Assembly (NCBI GenBank): GCA_034723395.1
Contig: JAYEOW010000048.1
Coordinates: 1 to 59,395 of the forward strand
Direction of reading: 5' to 3'
DNA: 59,395 nucleotides
From: Candidatus Margulisiibacteriota bacterium
GTDB lineage: Bacteria > Margulisbacteria > WOR-1 > O2-12-FULL-45-9
Made by a program: the position numbers and the translations under genes. Below the pieces are notes generated by a model that made no database searches, was not told where the DNA came from, and was given only the letters and a program-made list of their open reading frames with translations. Of the stretch, positions 50,496 to 59,395 are shown in pieces; the stretch's first letter is position 1; each line of letters starts with the position of its first letter.

Positions 50496-51119
50496 TTATG
50501 ACTCCTTCTTGGCTAAAGTTTCAGAAGGCTGGCCGTTTGGTTTTAAAACCCCGCCAGATACCACGTACCTGAACGCATCTTCGATCTTCATGTCGAGCAA
50601 GGTAACTTCGCGTGCCGGCACAACGATTAAAAATCCGGTTGCCGGGGTGGGGGTGTTGCAGATAAAAATATTGATCATCTTTTCTTTAGCTTTGGCCTCG
50701 ATCTCCGCCGCGGCGTCAGAGGTTACAAAACCTACCGACCAGATCCCTTTGCGCGGATACTCAATAATGCATGCCCTGCGGTATTCATCGGCGCTTTTTT
50801 GGATAAAGAGGACATCGTTGATCTGTTTAACTGCCGAATAAATACTTTTAACGATCGGCAATCGGAATAATATCCACTCCCCGAATTTAAAAAGCTTTGC
50901 TCCGATGATATAGGTGGCGAAGAACCCGGTGAGAAAGATAATTATTACGGTAAGGATAAAACCTAACCCGGGGTACGACTCGCCGGTGACCAGGGTGATG
51001 AAATTGCCTAAAATCCCGTCTAAAAAGGTGAAGATGAAATAGAGCAGCCAGGTAGTTATTAATAATGGTAAAAGAGTTATCAACCCTCGAAAAAAGTAAC
51101 CACTCATCTTATTCCACAT
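50496..51119 (-). CDS. DUF502 membrane protein
   Basis: FFRGLITLLP, PIVKSIYSAVKQ, EYPRKG, TPTPATGF. Confidence 0.9.
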   Translation of the reverse strand: MWNKMSGYFFRGLITLLPLLITTWLLYFIFTFLDGILGNFITLVTGESYPGLGFILTVIIIFLTGFFATYIIGAKLFKFGEWILFRLPIVKSIYSAVKQINDVLFIQKSADEYRRACIIEYPRKGIWSVGFVTSDAAAEIEAKAKEKMINIFICNTPTPATGFLIVVPAREVTLLDMKIEDAFRYVVSGGVLKPNGQPSETLAKKES

Positions 51120-51139
51120 ATATTATCCTCCGTTTCGTA

Positions 51140-51233
51140 TGATTATGTTGATAGAAAAATGATTACGGTAATGGGAACATGATTAAGATGATAGAAATCA
51201 CCGTAATCAGTTAGAATCACCGTAATCACCGTA
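51140..51233. repeat. Intergenic 9-10-bp tandem repeats in inverted arrangement
   Basis: tgatta.../tgatag... units followed by aatcaccgt x3. Confidence 0.65.
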
Positions 51234-51285
51234 TGATAGCATTGAGGTTTGCTTTTTTCAACCGGCATATGTTATACTCCCGCCC

Positions 51286-51519
51286 ATGACACATGCTTAT
51301 ATTTTAATCGAGGCACTGCCGGGGAAAGCGATCGAGTTGATCAGCGTGGCCGAGGGAATCAAAGGGGTAAAAACGGCGCAGCTGGTAACCGGTCCCTATG
51401 ATGTAATTATATTTGCTGAAGCGCCAGATCTAAAGGAGCTGGGAGAGATGATTGTTAAAAAGCTCCAGGCGACCGGGAGTGTTGCCCGCACCTTAACTTG
51501 TGTTACTGTTGAGCGATAA
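51286..51519 (+). CDS. Lrp/AsnC ligand-binding-domain protein
   Basis: AYILIE...VTGPYDVI...TLTC; TGTTATACT 7 nt before the ATG. Confidence 0.88.
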   Translation: MTHAYILIEALPGKAIELISVAEGIKGVKTAQLVTGPYDVIIFAEAPDLKELGEMIVKKLQATGSVARTLTCVTVER

Positions 51520-53020
51520 GGCGGTTAATTGCGGCCAGGTAAGCTTTGGCTGAAGCGATAATGATGTCAGTGTCTGCCCCGTGGCCGACATAGATGCTCT
51601 CTTTATCTTTAATTCTTACCGTAACCTCGCCGAGCGCATCGGTCCCGCCGGTAATTGCCTGGATTGAATAATCTACCAGGCTCGATTTTATTTTGGTGAG
51701 TTTATCGATCGCTTTATAGACTGCGTCTACCGGGCCCGAACCATCCGATTCTTTTTCAATCGTCTTACCTTTATAGATAAGTTTTACTTTTGCTTTTGGC
51801 TTAACGTGGGTTCCTGAGCTGATATCAATGCTCTCGATCTTGTAGGTCTCTTCAACGATGTAGACCTCTTCAGCGACGATGATCTCGAGGTCGCGTTCTG
51901 AAACTTCTTTCTTTTTGTCGGCGATCTGGATAAATCTTTGATAAGCCTTTTCCAGGGAATCTTTATTGAGCTCGTAGCCCATATCTTTAAGTTTCGATTG
52001 GAGGGCGTGGCGGCCGGAATGCTTTCCCATTACGATCTTTGATTTGGTGAGCCCGATATCGTTTGGATGCATGATCTCATAAGTTTCTCTAGCTCTAAGA
52101 ACTCCGGATTGATGGATCCCTGCTTCGTGAGCGAAAGCATTTGCGCCGACTATCGCCTTGTTTGGCTGGACCATCATTCCGGTTAGGGTCGATACTAGCC
52201 GGCTAGTTTTATAAATTTCTTTTGTGTTGATATTTGTCCTACAATCAGCAAAGAAATCTTTGCGGGTCTTGATCGCCATTACAAGTTCTTCAAGCGAAGC
52301 GTTTCCGGCCCGTTCGCCGATGCCATTGATTGTGCATTCAACCTGATCCGCTCCCGCTTTTACCGCGGCAAGGGAATTTGCTACCGCAAGGCCGAGGTCG
52401 TTGTGGACATGGACACTGATGGTGACATTGTTCTTTTTTATCTCCGGGACATTTACAAAAACATTTTCGATCAGTTTACCGAATTCCCATGGGGTGGTAT
52501 ATCCGACGGTGTCTGGAATATTTACTGTTTTTGCTCCCGCTTCAATTACCGCTCTAATAACTTTATAGAGGAATGCCGGATCTGATCTTCCTGCATCTTC
52601 TGGCGAAAACTCAACATCCGGGCAGAGCGAACAGGCGAGTGTAACCATTTTAGCGGCCTGTTTGAGTACCTGGTCCGGGGTCATTCTAAGCTTTTTTTCC
52701 ATATGGATGGGTGAAGTGGCGATAAAAGTGTGAATTCTCGGTTTTTCAGCGGGTTTGATCGCTTCCCAAGCACGCTCGATATCCTCTTTCTTTGCGCGTG
52801 CGAGTGAACAAATAGAAGGTCCTTTTATCTGTTTTGCGATCACATTGATGGCGTCAAAGTCACCCTGCGAAGCGATCGCGAACCCCGCCTCAATAATATC
52901 AACATTGAGCTTAGCCAGTTGCCGGGCGATCTCCATCTTCTCTTCGGGATTAAGCGACGCTCCGGGGCACTGCTCGCCGTCGCGAAGGGTTGTATCAAAG
53001 ATTTTTATTGTTCTGGCCAT
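51503..53020 (-). CDS. leuA: 2-isopropylmalate synthase
   Basis: DTTLRDGEQ, HVHNDLG, NGIGERAGN, HEAGIHQ, GSGPVDA regulatory domain. Confidence 0.97.
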   Translation of the reverse strand: MARTIKIFDTTLRDGEQCPGASLNPEEKMEIARQLAKLNVDIIEAGFAIASQGDFDAINVIAKQIKGPSICSLARAKKEDIERAWEAIKPAEKPRIHTFIATSPIHMEKKLRMTPDQVLKQAAKMVTLACSLCPDVEFSPEDAGRSDPAFLYKVIRAVIEAGAKTVNIPDTVGYTTPWEFGKLIENVFVNVPEIKKNNVTISVHVHNDLGLAVANSLAAVKAGADQVECTINGIGERAGNASLEELVMAIKTRKDFFADCRTNINTKEIYKTSRLVSTLTGMMVQPNKAIVGANAFAHEAGIHQSGVLRARETYEIMHPNDIGLTKSKIVMGKHSGRHALQSKLKDMGYELNKDSLEKAYQRFIQIADKKKEVSERDLEIIVAEEVYIVEETYKIESIDISSGTHVKPKAKVKLIYKGKTIEKESDGSGPVDAVYKAIDKLTKIKSSLVDYSIQAITGGTDALGEVTVRIKDKESIYVGHGADTDIIIASAKAYLAAINRLIAQQ

Positions 53021-53081
53021 AATTTACTCCCAGGGAGGAGTAATTTTAGCATTTTTATTAAAGACGCGCAAGAAAGTTAAT

Positions 53082-54413
53082 TTAACTCCCGCTGACCGAA
53101 ATTCCGGAGACCAAAAGCGTAGGCGACCCAATATCCGCGATAAAACGGAGGTCAGATCCAACCGCCTCAATCGCTTCCAGCATTTCGATCAGGTTCCCGG
53201 CAATAGTTATCCCTCTAACTGGGAAAGTTTTCTCACCATTTTCGATCATTATCCCGGATGCACCAAAAGAGAAGTCTCCAGAGATCGGATTTGCAGTATG
53301 TAATCCCATTACTCGAGTAACAAATAATCCTTTTTCGATGGACTTGATAATTTCTTCGTGAGATTTGTCACCTGGTTTAATATAAAGATTGGTCGGGCCG
53401 ATAACCGGCAAGCTTTGGAATGATCCTCTAGCTGCATTTCCAGTCGATTTTGTTTTCCCTTTATTTGCGGTGTAGGTATTAAAAAGAAAGCTGTTTAGTT
53501 TTCCATTCTTGATCAGTTTTGTCTCTTGTGTTGGAACGCCTTCGCCGTCAAACGGAGCGCTGCCTAAACCATTTTTCAACCTCCCATTATCTATGATCGT
53601 TAACGATTTAGCCCCAACGATTTGTCCAATCTTATCCGCGAACAGCGATTTCCCTTTCTGTGCCGATTCTGAAGATAGGGGGGCGGCAAGCACTCCTAAA
53701 ATTTGACTGCCCACATAGGGATCGATCACTAGCGGAATTTTTTGGCTTGCTATCGGTTTTGCGCCGAGTAATTGAGTAGATCTTTCGGCCGCCTCTCTGC
53801 CGATCTTTTCTGGATTAAGATCGGTAATTTTTTTTACGAAATCCAAGCCAAAACCCATCTGCATCTCCTGATCGGAAACGGCGATCATTCCCGCATCGGC
53901 GCCGCAATAGTTTAATTTATAATTTGCATTCACCCCATTCGAATTGACGATTGTAACTTCGCTTTCCGAATCAGAATAGGAAACCTTTTCGGTTTTCTTT
54001 ACTCGTTTATCTGCTTTATAGGCGGCATCTTCGATCTTTAACGCTATTTTTATCTTATCTTCGATTGAAGTTTTATTTATTCTTTCGTCAAATAATTCAA
54101 TACGACCTTCTTGCTGCACTACGATACTACTTGGCAACCCCAGGAACTTATCTCGCTCCGAGTTCCCGGCATTCTGGATGGCCTGATCGATCGTCTCTTC
54201 CAGAACAGTTTCGTCGAGATCGGAAGTAAAGGCGAAACCGAGCTTTTTATCTTTAATTACTCGGATTCCGATGCCAGTCTCATCAATTTCATCAATTGCT
54301 TCGACCTCGCGGTCCAGAACATCGATCTTTAAGGTTTTCTCAGAGGCGAAAAAGACTTCGGCCTGGTCGACATCTTTGGCGAGAATTTTATCTAGGATTT
54401 CTTTTGCTTTCAT
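53082..54413 (-). CDS. TldD/PmbA family protein (PmbA/TldE-like)
   Basis: GIGIRV, PFDGEG, STGNA, SGDFS, ITIAGN; no HExxGH motif. Confidence 0.9.
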   Translation of the reverse strand: MKAKEILDKILAKDVDQAEVFFASEKTLKIDVLDREVEAIDEIDETGIGIRVIKDKKLGFAFTSDLDETVLEETIDQAIQNAGNSERDKFLGLPSSIVVQQEGRIELFDERINKTSIEDKIKIALKIEDAAYKADKRVKKTEKVSYSDSESEVTIVNSNGVNANYKLNYCGADAGMIAVSDQEMQMGFGLDFVKKITDLNPEKIGREAAERSTQLLGAKPIASQKIPLVIDPYVGSQILGVLAAPLSSESAQKGKSLFADKIGQIVGAKSLTIIDNGRLKNGLGSAPFDGEGVPTQETKLIKNGKLNSFLFNTYTANKGKTKSTGNAARGSFQSLPVIGPTNLYIKPGDKSHEEIIKSIEKGLFVTRVMGLHTANPISGDFSFGASGIMIENGEKTFPVRGITIAGNLIEMLEAIEAVGSDLRFIADIGSPTLLVSGISVSGS

Positions 54414-55378
54414 TGAGCTTGGACCGCGGTAATCGCGACAACGTTTACAACATCTTCAACGCTGCAGCCGCGGGAGAGATCATTTACCGGGTTTGCTTCA
54501 CCCTGAAAGATGGGGCCAAAAGCTTTAGCGTGCGCCAATCGTTCGGTAAGCTTATATCCAATATTTCCTGCGTCAAGATCAGGAAAGATCAAAATGTTTG
54601 CGTGTCCGGCAACGGCGCTGCCCGGAGCCTTTCGCTGTGCTACCACAGGGATAATTGCTGCATCTAATTGCAGCTCTCCATCAAGCGGGAGATCGGGCCT
54701 TTTTTTCTTGGCAATTTCGGTCGCTTTGATCACCTTGTCAACATCCGAATGGACGGCGGAGGTCTTAGTTGAAAAAGAGAGCATCGCTATCCGTGGTGTT
54801 TTGTCCATCAGCTTTTTAAAGGAATCAGCGGTTTGGATGGCAATGTCTGCTAGTTGGTCAGAGTGAGGATAGGGGACTACTCCGCAATCGGCGAAAAATA
54901 GGGTCCCATCTTCTCCAAATTGTTTATCATTCAAGATCATAACGAAAAAACTGGAGATGGTCGATTGGCCCTCCGCTTTTCCGATACATTCAACGGTGGC
55001 TTTGATCGTATCGGAAGTAAAATGGGTCGCTCCCGAGACCATCCCATCTGCTTCTCCCTGGCTAACCATCATCGCCGCAAAATATGGATAGTCATCGACC
55101 ATTAAATGCCTCGCTTTTTCGATGGTCATCCCGCGGTGGGCGCGTTTGTCTTTTAATGCCTGTACGAATTTATCTAATTTAGGATGATTTCGGGGAGAGA
55201 TTATTTTTGCTCCCGAGCTGTGCTCTCCGTCCTCTTTTCCGATCAGGATTATTTTGGCAAGTTTGCTTTTATGGACCAGTTCGGTGGCTTTTAATATGCG
55301 GGGGTCGTCGGATTCTGGCAATACGATAGTTTTGTCTAATCTTTTTGCTTTATTCCAGATTTCTCGTATAAAATCCAT
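54410..55378 (-). CDS. pta: Phosphate acetyltransferase
   Basis: VLPESDD, FADCG, AMLSFST, DGELQLDAA, FPDLDAGNIGYK, DLSRG. Confidence 0.96.
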   Translation of the reverse strand: MDFIREIWNKAKRLDKTIVLPESDDPRILKATELVHKSKLAKIILIGKEDGEHSSGAKIISPRNHPKLDKFVQALKDKRAHRGMTIEKARHLMVDDYPYFAAMMVSQGEADGMVSGATHFTSDTIKATVECIGKAEGQSTISSFFVMILNDKQFGEDGTLFFADCGVVPYPHSDQLADIAIQTADSFKKLMDKTPRIAMLSFSTKTSAVHSDVDKVIKATEIAKKKRPDLPLDGELQLDAAIIPVVAQRKAPGSAVAGHANILIFPDLDAGNIGYKLTERLAHAKAFGPIFQGEANPVNDLSRGCSVEDVVNVVAITAVQAQ

Positions 55379-55387
55379 CGCTTTATC

Positions 55388-56035
55388 CTACAACCGCGCC
55401 GCCAAAGAGTCAAGGTCGCGCTTATTACTGATACCTCTCTCCTTTAGCATGTCGATGAAGTGGGTCCAGATCTGATAAGTAAGCTCGGCGTCCCCAACCG
55501 CGCGGTGGCGGTTCTCGGCTTTCAATCCAAAATGAGCAGCGACGGTGTGCAGTTTATGGTTCCTCAAATTTGGCAGCAGGTATCTGGCGAGCTTAACGGT
55601 GCAAACCACGCGATTGTTCATTTCTGGTTGGTTTAGTTTCTTTAGATGATATTTAATGAAGTTAATATCAAAATCAGCGTTATGGGCGATCAGGATCGAA
55701 TCACCGATAAATTCGATAAAGCGGGGGAGTACTTCCTTCGCTGGCGGAGAATCTTTGACCATGGCATCGTTGATGCCGGTTAGCTCGGTAATTTTTTGAG
55801 ATATAGGATAATAAGTTTTAATTAGCGAGCTAAAAAGGTCCTGGATCTCTTTTCCTTTGACCTTAAACGCGCCGATCTCGGTTATTTCGCTGTCTGCCGG
55901 TTCCAGCCCCGTAGTTTCGATATCAAGGATAGTAAATTCCAATGACTCTAGGTTTTCACCTTTTGCACGATGGAGAAATTTATATTCTTTAGCCAGATCC
56001 TGGAACTGTTTATCTTTAGTAATGTCAGAGGTCAT
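55388..56035 (-). CDS. DEDDh 3'-5' exonuclease (DnaQ/PolC-exonuclease-like)
   Basis: LDIETTG, AHNADFD, HRAVGDA. Confidence 0.9.
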   Translation of the reverse strand: MTSDITKDKQFQDLAKEYKFLHRAKGENLESLEFTILDIETTGLEPADSEITEIGAFKVKGKEIQDLFSSLIKTYYPISQKITELTGINDAMVKDSPPAKEVLPRFIEFIGDSILIAHNADFDINFIKYHLKKLNQPEMNNRVVCTVKLARYLLPNLRNHKLHTVAAHFGLKAENRHRAVGDAELTYQIWTHFIDMLKERGISNKRDLDSLAARL

Positions 56036-56961
56036 TCGCTTGTAATTAACTCATACTTTCTACTGCCTAATCCGATCTCTTCAGCATACTGCAGTTGAAT
56101 GTTATAGTCAGCCTTTGGCCAAAGCTCTTTGAATATATCTTTTCCGGCAGATTTGTTAACTAAGTCGACACTTGCTTGGTCGATCGCCACCGGGTCGAAA
56201 GAGGCGATAATTCCGATGTCTGGAACGATCGGCGGGCCGTTGTGATCGTAGCAGTCACAATTCGGCGAAACATCGGTTATAAAATTAATATAGGCTGTTT
56301 TATTCCTGAATTTTTCAACAATTCCGTTGGTGTATTCAACCATCTTTTCCTGCACCAGCTGAGAAGATCCAAACCAGCATGCTTCAAAGGTCTGTTTTTT
56401 TCGGCAGGTTTTTACCTCCGGGCAATTTTTACAATCCGAATGCATATCGAGCTTTCCCCGAGGACTGCCGAGCCCCATTCCGATATTTTTTAGGACTCCG
56501 CCAAAACCGGTCAGCCCATGCCCTTTAAAATGGGTAATGGCGACCATTGCGTTGGCTTCAAATATCAACGCGCCGACATAGAGCATTTTAAAATGTTTGT
56601 AATTAACCGGGACCTTTTCGAACGTCTTTCCATGTATTCCATCGGCAATGATCACATGCGCGCCGGTTTTTCCAAAGGTGTAGCCGTGGTCGAAGGCGGT
56701 TTGTAAATGATCAAGGGTATTGCGCCGTGAACCGGGATAGAGGGTATTCGCATCGGTCCAGAAAGGTTTTCCTCCCGCCGCTCTGACCTTTTTTACGATC
56801 GGTTTTGCTCTTTGCGGTTTTATAAATGCTTTGTTTCCGCGCTCGCCGAAGTGTATCTTTAATGCAACGAAATCGTCTTTTGTGATTATTTTTGAGATAC
56901 CGGCGGCGTCGAATAATTGATCAACTTGATCCGGGTTTTTTGTGAAGAAGACCTTAGCCAT
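56032..56961 (-). CDS. DUF362 family Fe-S protein
   Basis: LKIHFGERGN, HFKGH, GGVLKNIGMG, SPNCDC, DPVAIDQAS. Confidence 0.85.
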   Translation of the reverse strand: MAKVFFTKNPDQVDQLFDAAGISKIITKDDFVALKIHFGERGNKAFIKPQRAKPIVKKVRAAGGKPFWTDANTLYPGSRRNTLDHLQTAFDHGYTFGKTGAHVIIADGIHGKTFEKVPVNYKHFKMLYVGALIFEANAMVAITHFKGHGLTGFGGVLKNIGMGLGSPRGKLDMHSDCKNCPEVKTCRKKQTFEACWFGSSQLVQEKMVEYTNGIVEKFRNKTAYINFITDVSPNCDCYDHNGPPIVPDIGIIASFDPVAIDQASVDLVNKSAGKDIFKELWPKADYNIQLQYAEEIGLGSRKYELITSE

Positions 56962-57592
56962 TCGAAAGTTCTTTAACTTTCTTATAATAGTCGAGCGCGT
57001 TGCGAACCTCTTTCATATCTTCCCAGGTCAGCCATTTGGGCGACCCCTTGGTCTTTTGCTGGTTTCTTAATAAATAAGCGGGATGGAAGATAGGCATAAC
57101 TGAGATCTCTTCATTCCCGGGTAGTTTTTTCCACTGTCCGCGGAGCTTTGACATCGGTTCGGTAGATTTTAAGATCGTTTTTACGGCTGGAGCGCCGGCG
57201 AGCAGGATAATTTTCGGTTTTATTAGTTTGATCTGTGCTTGTAAGTATGGCCGACAGGCGTCTTGTTCTGGACCAAGGGGAGCGCGATTGTTTGGCGGCC
57301 GGCATTTTACAGTATTGGCAATATAAATATCATCCGGCCTTTTGATATTAACTGATTCAAGGATCTTGGTTAGCAGCTGTCCTGAACGCCCGACGAATGG
57401 TCGTCCCTGGGCATCTTCGTCCGCTCCGGGAGCTTCGCCAATGAGCATTAAGTCGCACGGAACAGGGCCTTCTCCAAAAACGACATTCGTGCGCCCTTTT
57501 GAGAGCTCACACTTAGTGCATTTTTCAGCGATCGCCCTTAATTCTTCGTAAGAAAGGGACGAAAGATCGGGTTCATTTGAAAATAGGTCCAT
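56954..57592 (-). CDS. Family-4 uracil-DNA glycosylase
   Basis: [35 protein letters not shown]. Confidence 0.95.
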   Translation of the reverse strand: MDLFSNEPDLSSLSYEELRAIAEKCTKCELSKGRTNVVFGEGPVPCDLMLIGEAPGADEDAQGRPFVGRSGQLLTKILESVNIKRPDDIYIANTVKCRPPNNRAPLGPEQDACRPYLQAQIKLIKPKIILLAGAPAVKTILKSTEPMSKLRGQWKKLPGNEEISVMPIFHPAYLLRNQQKTKGSPKWLTWEDMKEVRNALDYYKKVKELSNG

Positions 57593-57634
57593 AACGGGAA
57601 AATTGTAGCATTTTTATTGAGATTGTGCAAAATA

Positions 57635-58228
57635 TTAAAAGGGGATCTGGATATTGAAGGGGAGTTTGGTTTGCGGGCAGATGATAAGGTATTTTGTAAT
57701 GAAGAAGACAAGGGGATGATTCTGCTCGTTTAGTTCAGATAATTCTTGGATATCTTCTGCGATCTTTGATTTTACATCATTCGCGCTAAGGGTTTTCCCT
57801 TTTGCGCTAAAAAGTATCAGGAAATTTTTTGGTCGATTTTTTGCCAGTCCGATTATCCAATCGTATATAAAATCGACTTTGGCACGGAAATCATCGTTTT
57901 TAGCCGCCGGATATTCGCCAAGGTAGCAGGAGCACTCATTAAATTTTTCGAACGCTCTTTCTGATATCTGTAAGCCTCTCTCGGATGAATCGAGCCTTCC
58001 TTCGGGGAAAAGATGCTCAAACTTTGCCCGCGCCGCCATAGCCATTAGAACGATTCTTTTTGCCTCATTAACTCTGGGTTTTGCTTGGGGATTGTACCTT
58101 AATTTTTGTAGATTATTTGTTTTTAAAAATGTTATGAGCCTAAACGCTTCCCCATGTCCTGCTTTTATCTGATCGGGCTTATATGCTCGAGTTATAATAC
58201 GCGATAACGGAAAAGATGTCTGTATCAT
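57635..58228 (-). CDS. Hypothetical (orphan) protein
   Basis: 197-aa ORF with no recognisable motif; preceded by the sigma-28-like motif. Confidence 0.65.
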   Translation of the reverse strand: MIQTSFPLSRIITRAYKPDQIKAGHGEAFRLITFLKTNNLQKLRYNPQAKPRVNEAKRIVLMAMAARAKFEHLFPEGRLDSSERGLQISERAFEKFNECSCYLGEYPAAKNDDFRAKVDFIYDWIIGLAKNRPKNFLILFSAKGKTLSANDVKSKIAEDIQELSELNEQNHPLVFFITKYLIICPQTKLPFNIQIPF

Positions 58229-58237
58229 GGTAATAAT

Positions 58238-58265
58238 ATATCGGCAGGTTTTTTTGGAAATTTCA
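58238..58265 (-). promoter_or_regulatory. Putative sigma-28-like promoter, copy 3
   Basis: Minus strand tGAAA-tttccaaaaaaacct (15 nt)-GCCGATAT, 9 nt before the ATG at 58228. Confidence 0.62.
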
Positions 58266-58276
58266 GGGAATATAGG

Positions 58277-59281
58277 TTATTCCGGATATTTTATAAGGAC
58301 CAGAACGTTAGTAACCAGTCTCTGCAATTCATTGGTGTCATGTCCCGGTTTCCAAACTGCTATAATATCTTGGGCCTGTCCAACACTCTGGTTGAAGGTT
58401 TCTGCTCTTTCATAATAATTGGTGGCCTTGACTTCTGGATATTTTTTACCAAGTTCGGCAATAATTGTGTTAAATGACGCTGCAGTTTCTCCGTCCGTTC
58501 TTATCTTGTTATAATTTGCGATAGCTTTTTCAATGGCTGCTTTAAGCTCAGGGTGCTGAGGAGAGAATAAAAGATCTTTTACAAAATCGCCATATCTTGC
58601 GGTCCCATTTCTTTTTGAGTATCTAATCATCGGCAATATTGTCCTTCTTATTACAGTATCGACATATTCAGAGACGACTGGTGCCCGGTCAACTTCCGGG
58701 GGAGGAGAAGTAGGCTGTTTTGCTTGGGCAGCACTTAATGTACTTCCTGTTTCTTTTTTATAGAGCAGGTGTCCTGCGCGGAGAATTGAATATAGCCCTT
58801 CGAAATCTTTTACGGCTAATTGCGGGAATCCACAATGGACCCCTTCCAGGTTGATCAATAAGCGGTCGGTTATCCTTCCTATATCAACAAAGCCGTTGCT
58901 TAGGGAGAAAAATTTTATGATAAGCTTCTCTGGGTCTCTTTCATTCAAGACATCTGTGACTGGTTGCGGGCAATCTCCTGGTTTGGAAGGAACATTCTCA
59001 TAAGTTTCCCTGGCATATGCTTTGATAAATGCGACCGCTGTTTCCAATACTTCTTTGGCTTCTCGACCCTCAATTTCTATTTTTTTGTGATGTAAGAGTT
59101 CGAGCTTAGGATTTTTCATCCCAGATAGCTGGCCCAATAAATCTGCTAACTCGGTGAAGTGTTTTCTAGCGCCTAAAACGCCGCTTTTGCTAAAATATTT
59201 ATTGGCATGCGGATTCATAAGTAATTCCATTATTTGCTTCGATCGAGCTGCTGGGGCTGACGCTGCCCTAGTTAGTGTCAA
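58277..59281 (-). CDS. Hypothetical helical (orphan) protein, possibly 5'-truncated
   Basis: 334-aa ORF whose TTG start lies inside the IS-end-like scar. Confidence 0.6.
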   Translation of the reverse strand: MTLTRAASAPAARSKQIMELLMNPHANKYFSKSGVLGARKHFTELADLLGQLSGMKNPKLELLHHKKIEIEGREAKEVLETAVAFIKAYARETYENVPSKPGDCPQPVTDVLNERDPEKLIIKFFSLSNGFVDIGRITDRLLINLEGVHCGFPQLAVKDFEGLYSILRAGHLLYKKETGSTLSAAQAKQPTSPPPEVDRAPVVSEYVDTVIRRTILPMIRYSKRNGTARYGDFVKDLLFSPQHPELKAAIEKAIANYNKIRTDGETAASFNTIIAELGKKYPEVKATNYYERAETFNQSVGQAQDIIAVWKPGHDTNELQRLVTNVLVLIKYPE

Positions 59282-59304
59282 GTAGAGTGTGCACTTTCAT
59301 CGCA
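59271..59304 (-). mobile_element. IS-terminus-like scar (IS256-like), copy 2
   Basis: Minus strand tgcgatgaaagtgcacactctacttgacactaac. Confidence 0.55.
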
Positions 59305-59395
59305 AACCTCACCTTATTTCCTTCTCGCTTTAGACCGGAACCAGTTCCTTTAATGGCCTGAGCGGAGGAAGAATCTTTGCGCCAGCCGTCGACCT

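Noticed and set aside
1..59395. CRISPR array, rRNA or tRNA
   Set aside because: No regularly spaced repeat-spacer run and no recognisable rRNA or tRNA. The short tandem arrays have no unique spacers.

Overview
A 59.4-kb stretch of a bacterial chromosome made up mostly of housekeeping genes: dnaB, LptD-like, tmk, alaS, ruvX, mltG, guaA, guaB, glyA, ftsEX, a PBP1A, aroQ, ispD, dxs, fhs, folE, dprA, accC, nusB, ribE/ribBA/ribH, gcvPB, rtcB, trkHAA, leuA, PmbA/TldD, pta and a family-4 UDG. The GuaB3-type IMPDH, the DUF212-dxs linkage and the outer-membrane proteins suggest a diderm relative of the non-photosynthetic Cyanobacteria, such as Saganbacteria or Margulisbacteria; this is an inference only. 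I found no rRNA, tRNA, CRISPR array, integrase or transposase. Four features are not explained by the housekeeping genes. (1) Three scattered accessory genes share a TGAAATTT-N12-nnnGATAW upstream motif with sigma-28 geometry (GAAA-N15-GCCGATAT-like). (2) The convergent mltG/guaA 3' junction occurs twice in tandem as diverged copies, each enclosing different cargo (a PP2C phosphatase; a nucleotidyltransferase pair), and the copies are fused directly at 9370/9371. (3) Several small repeat families are present: nested REP-like cloverleaves, heptamer arrays and AT-rich palindromes. Several copies are translated in frame inside conserved proteins or form signal peptides. (4) Two near-identical 34-bp IS-end-like scars lie in inverted orientation, one beside a YhcG/DUF1016 gene fragment.
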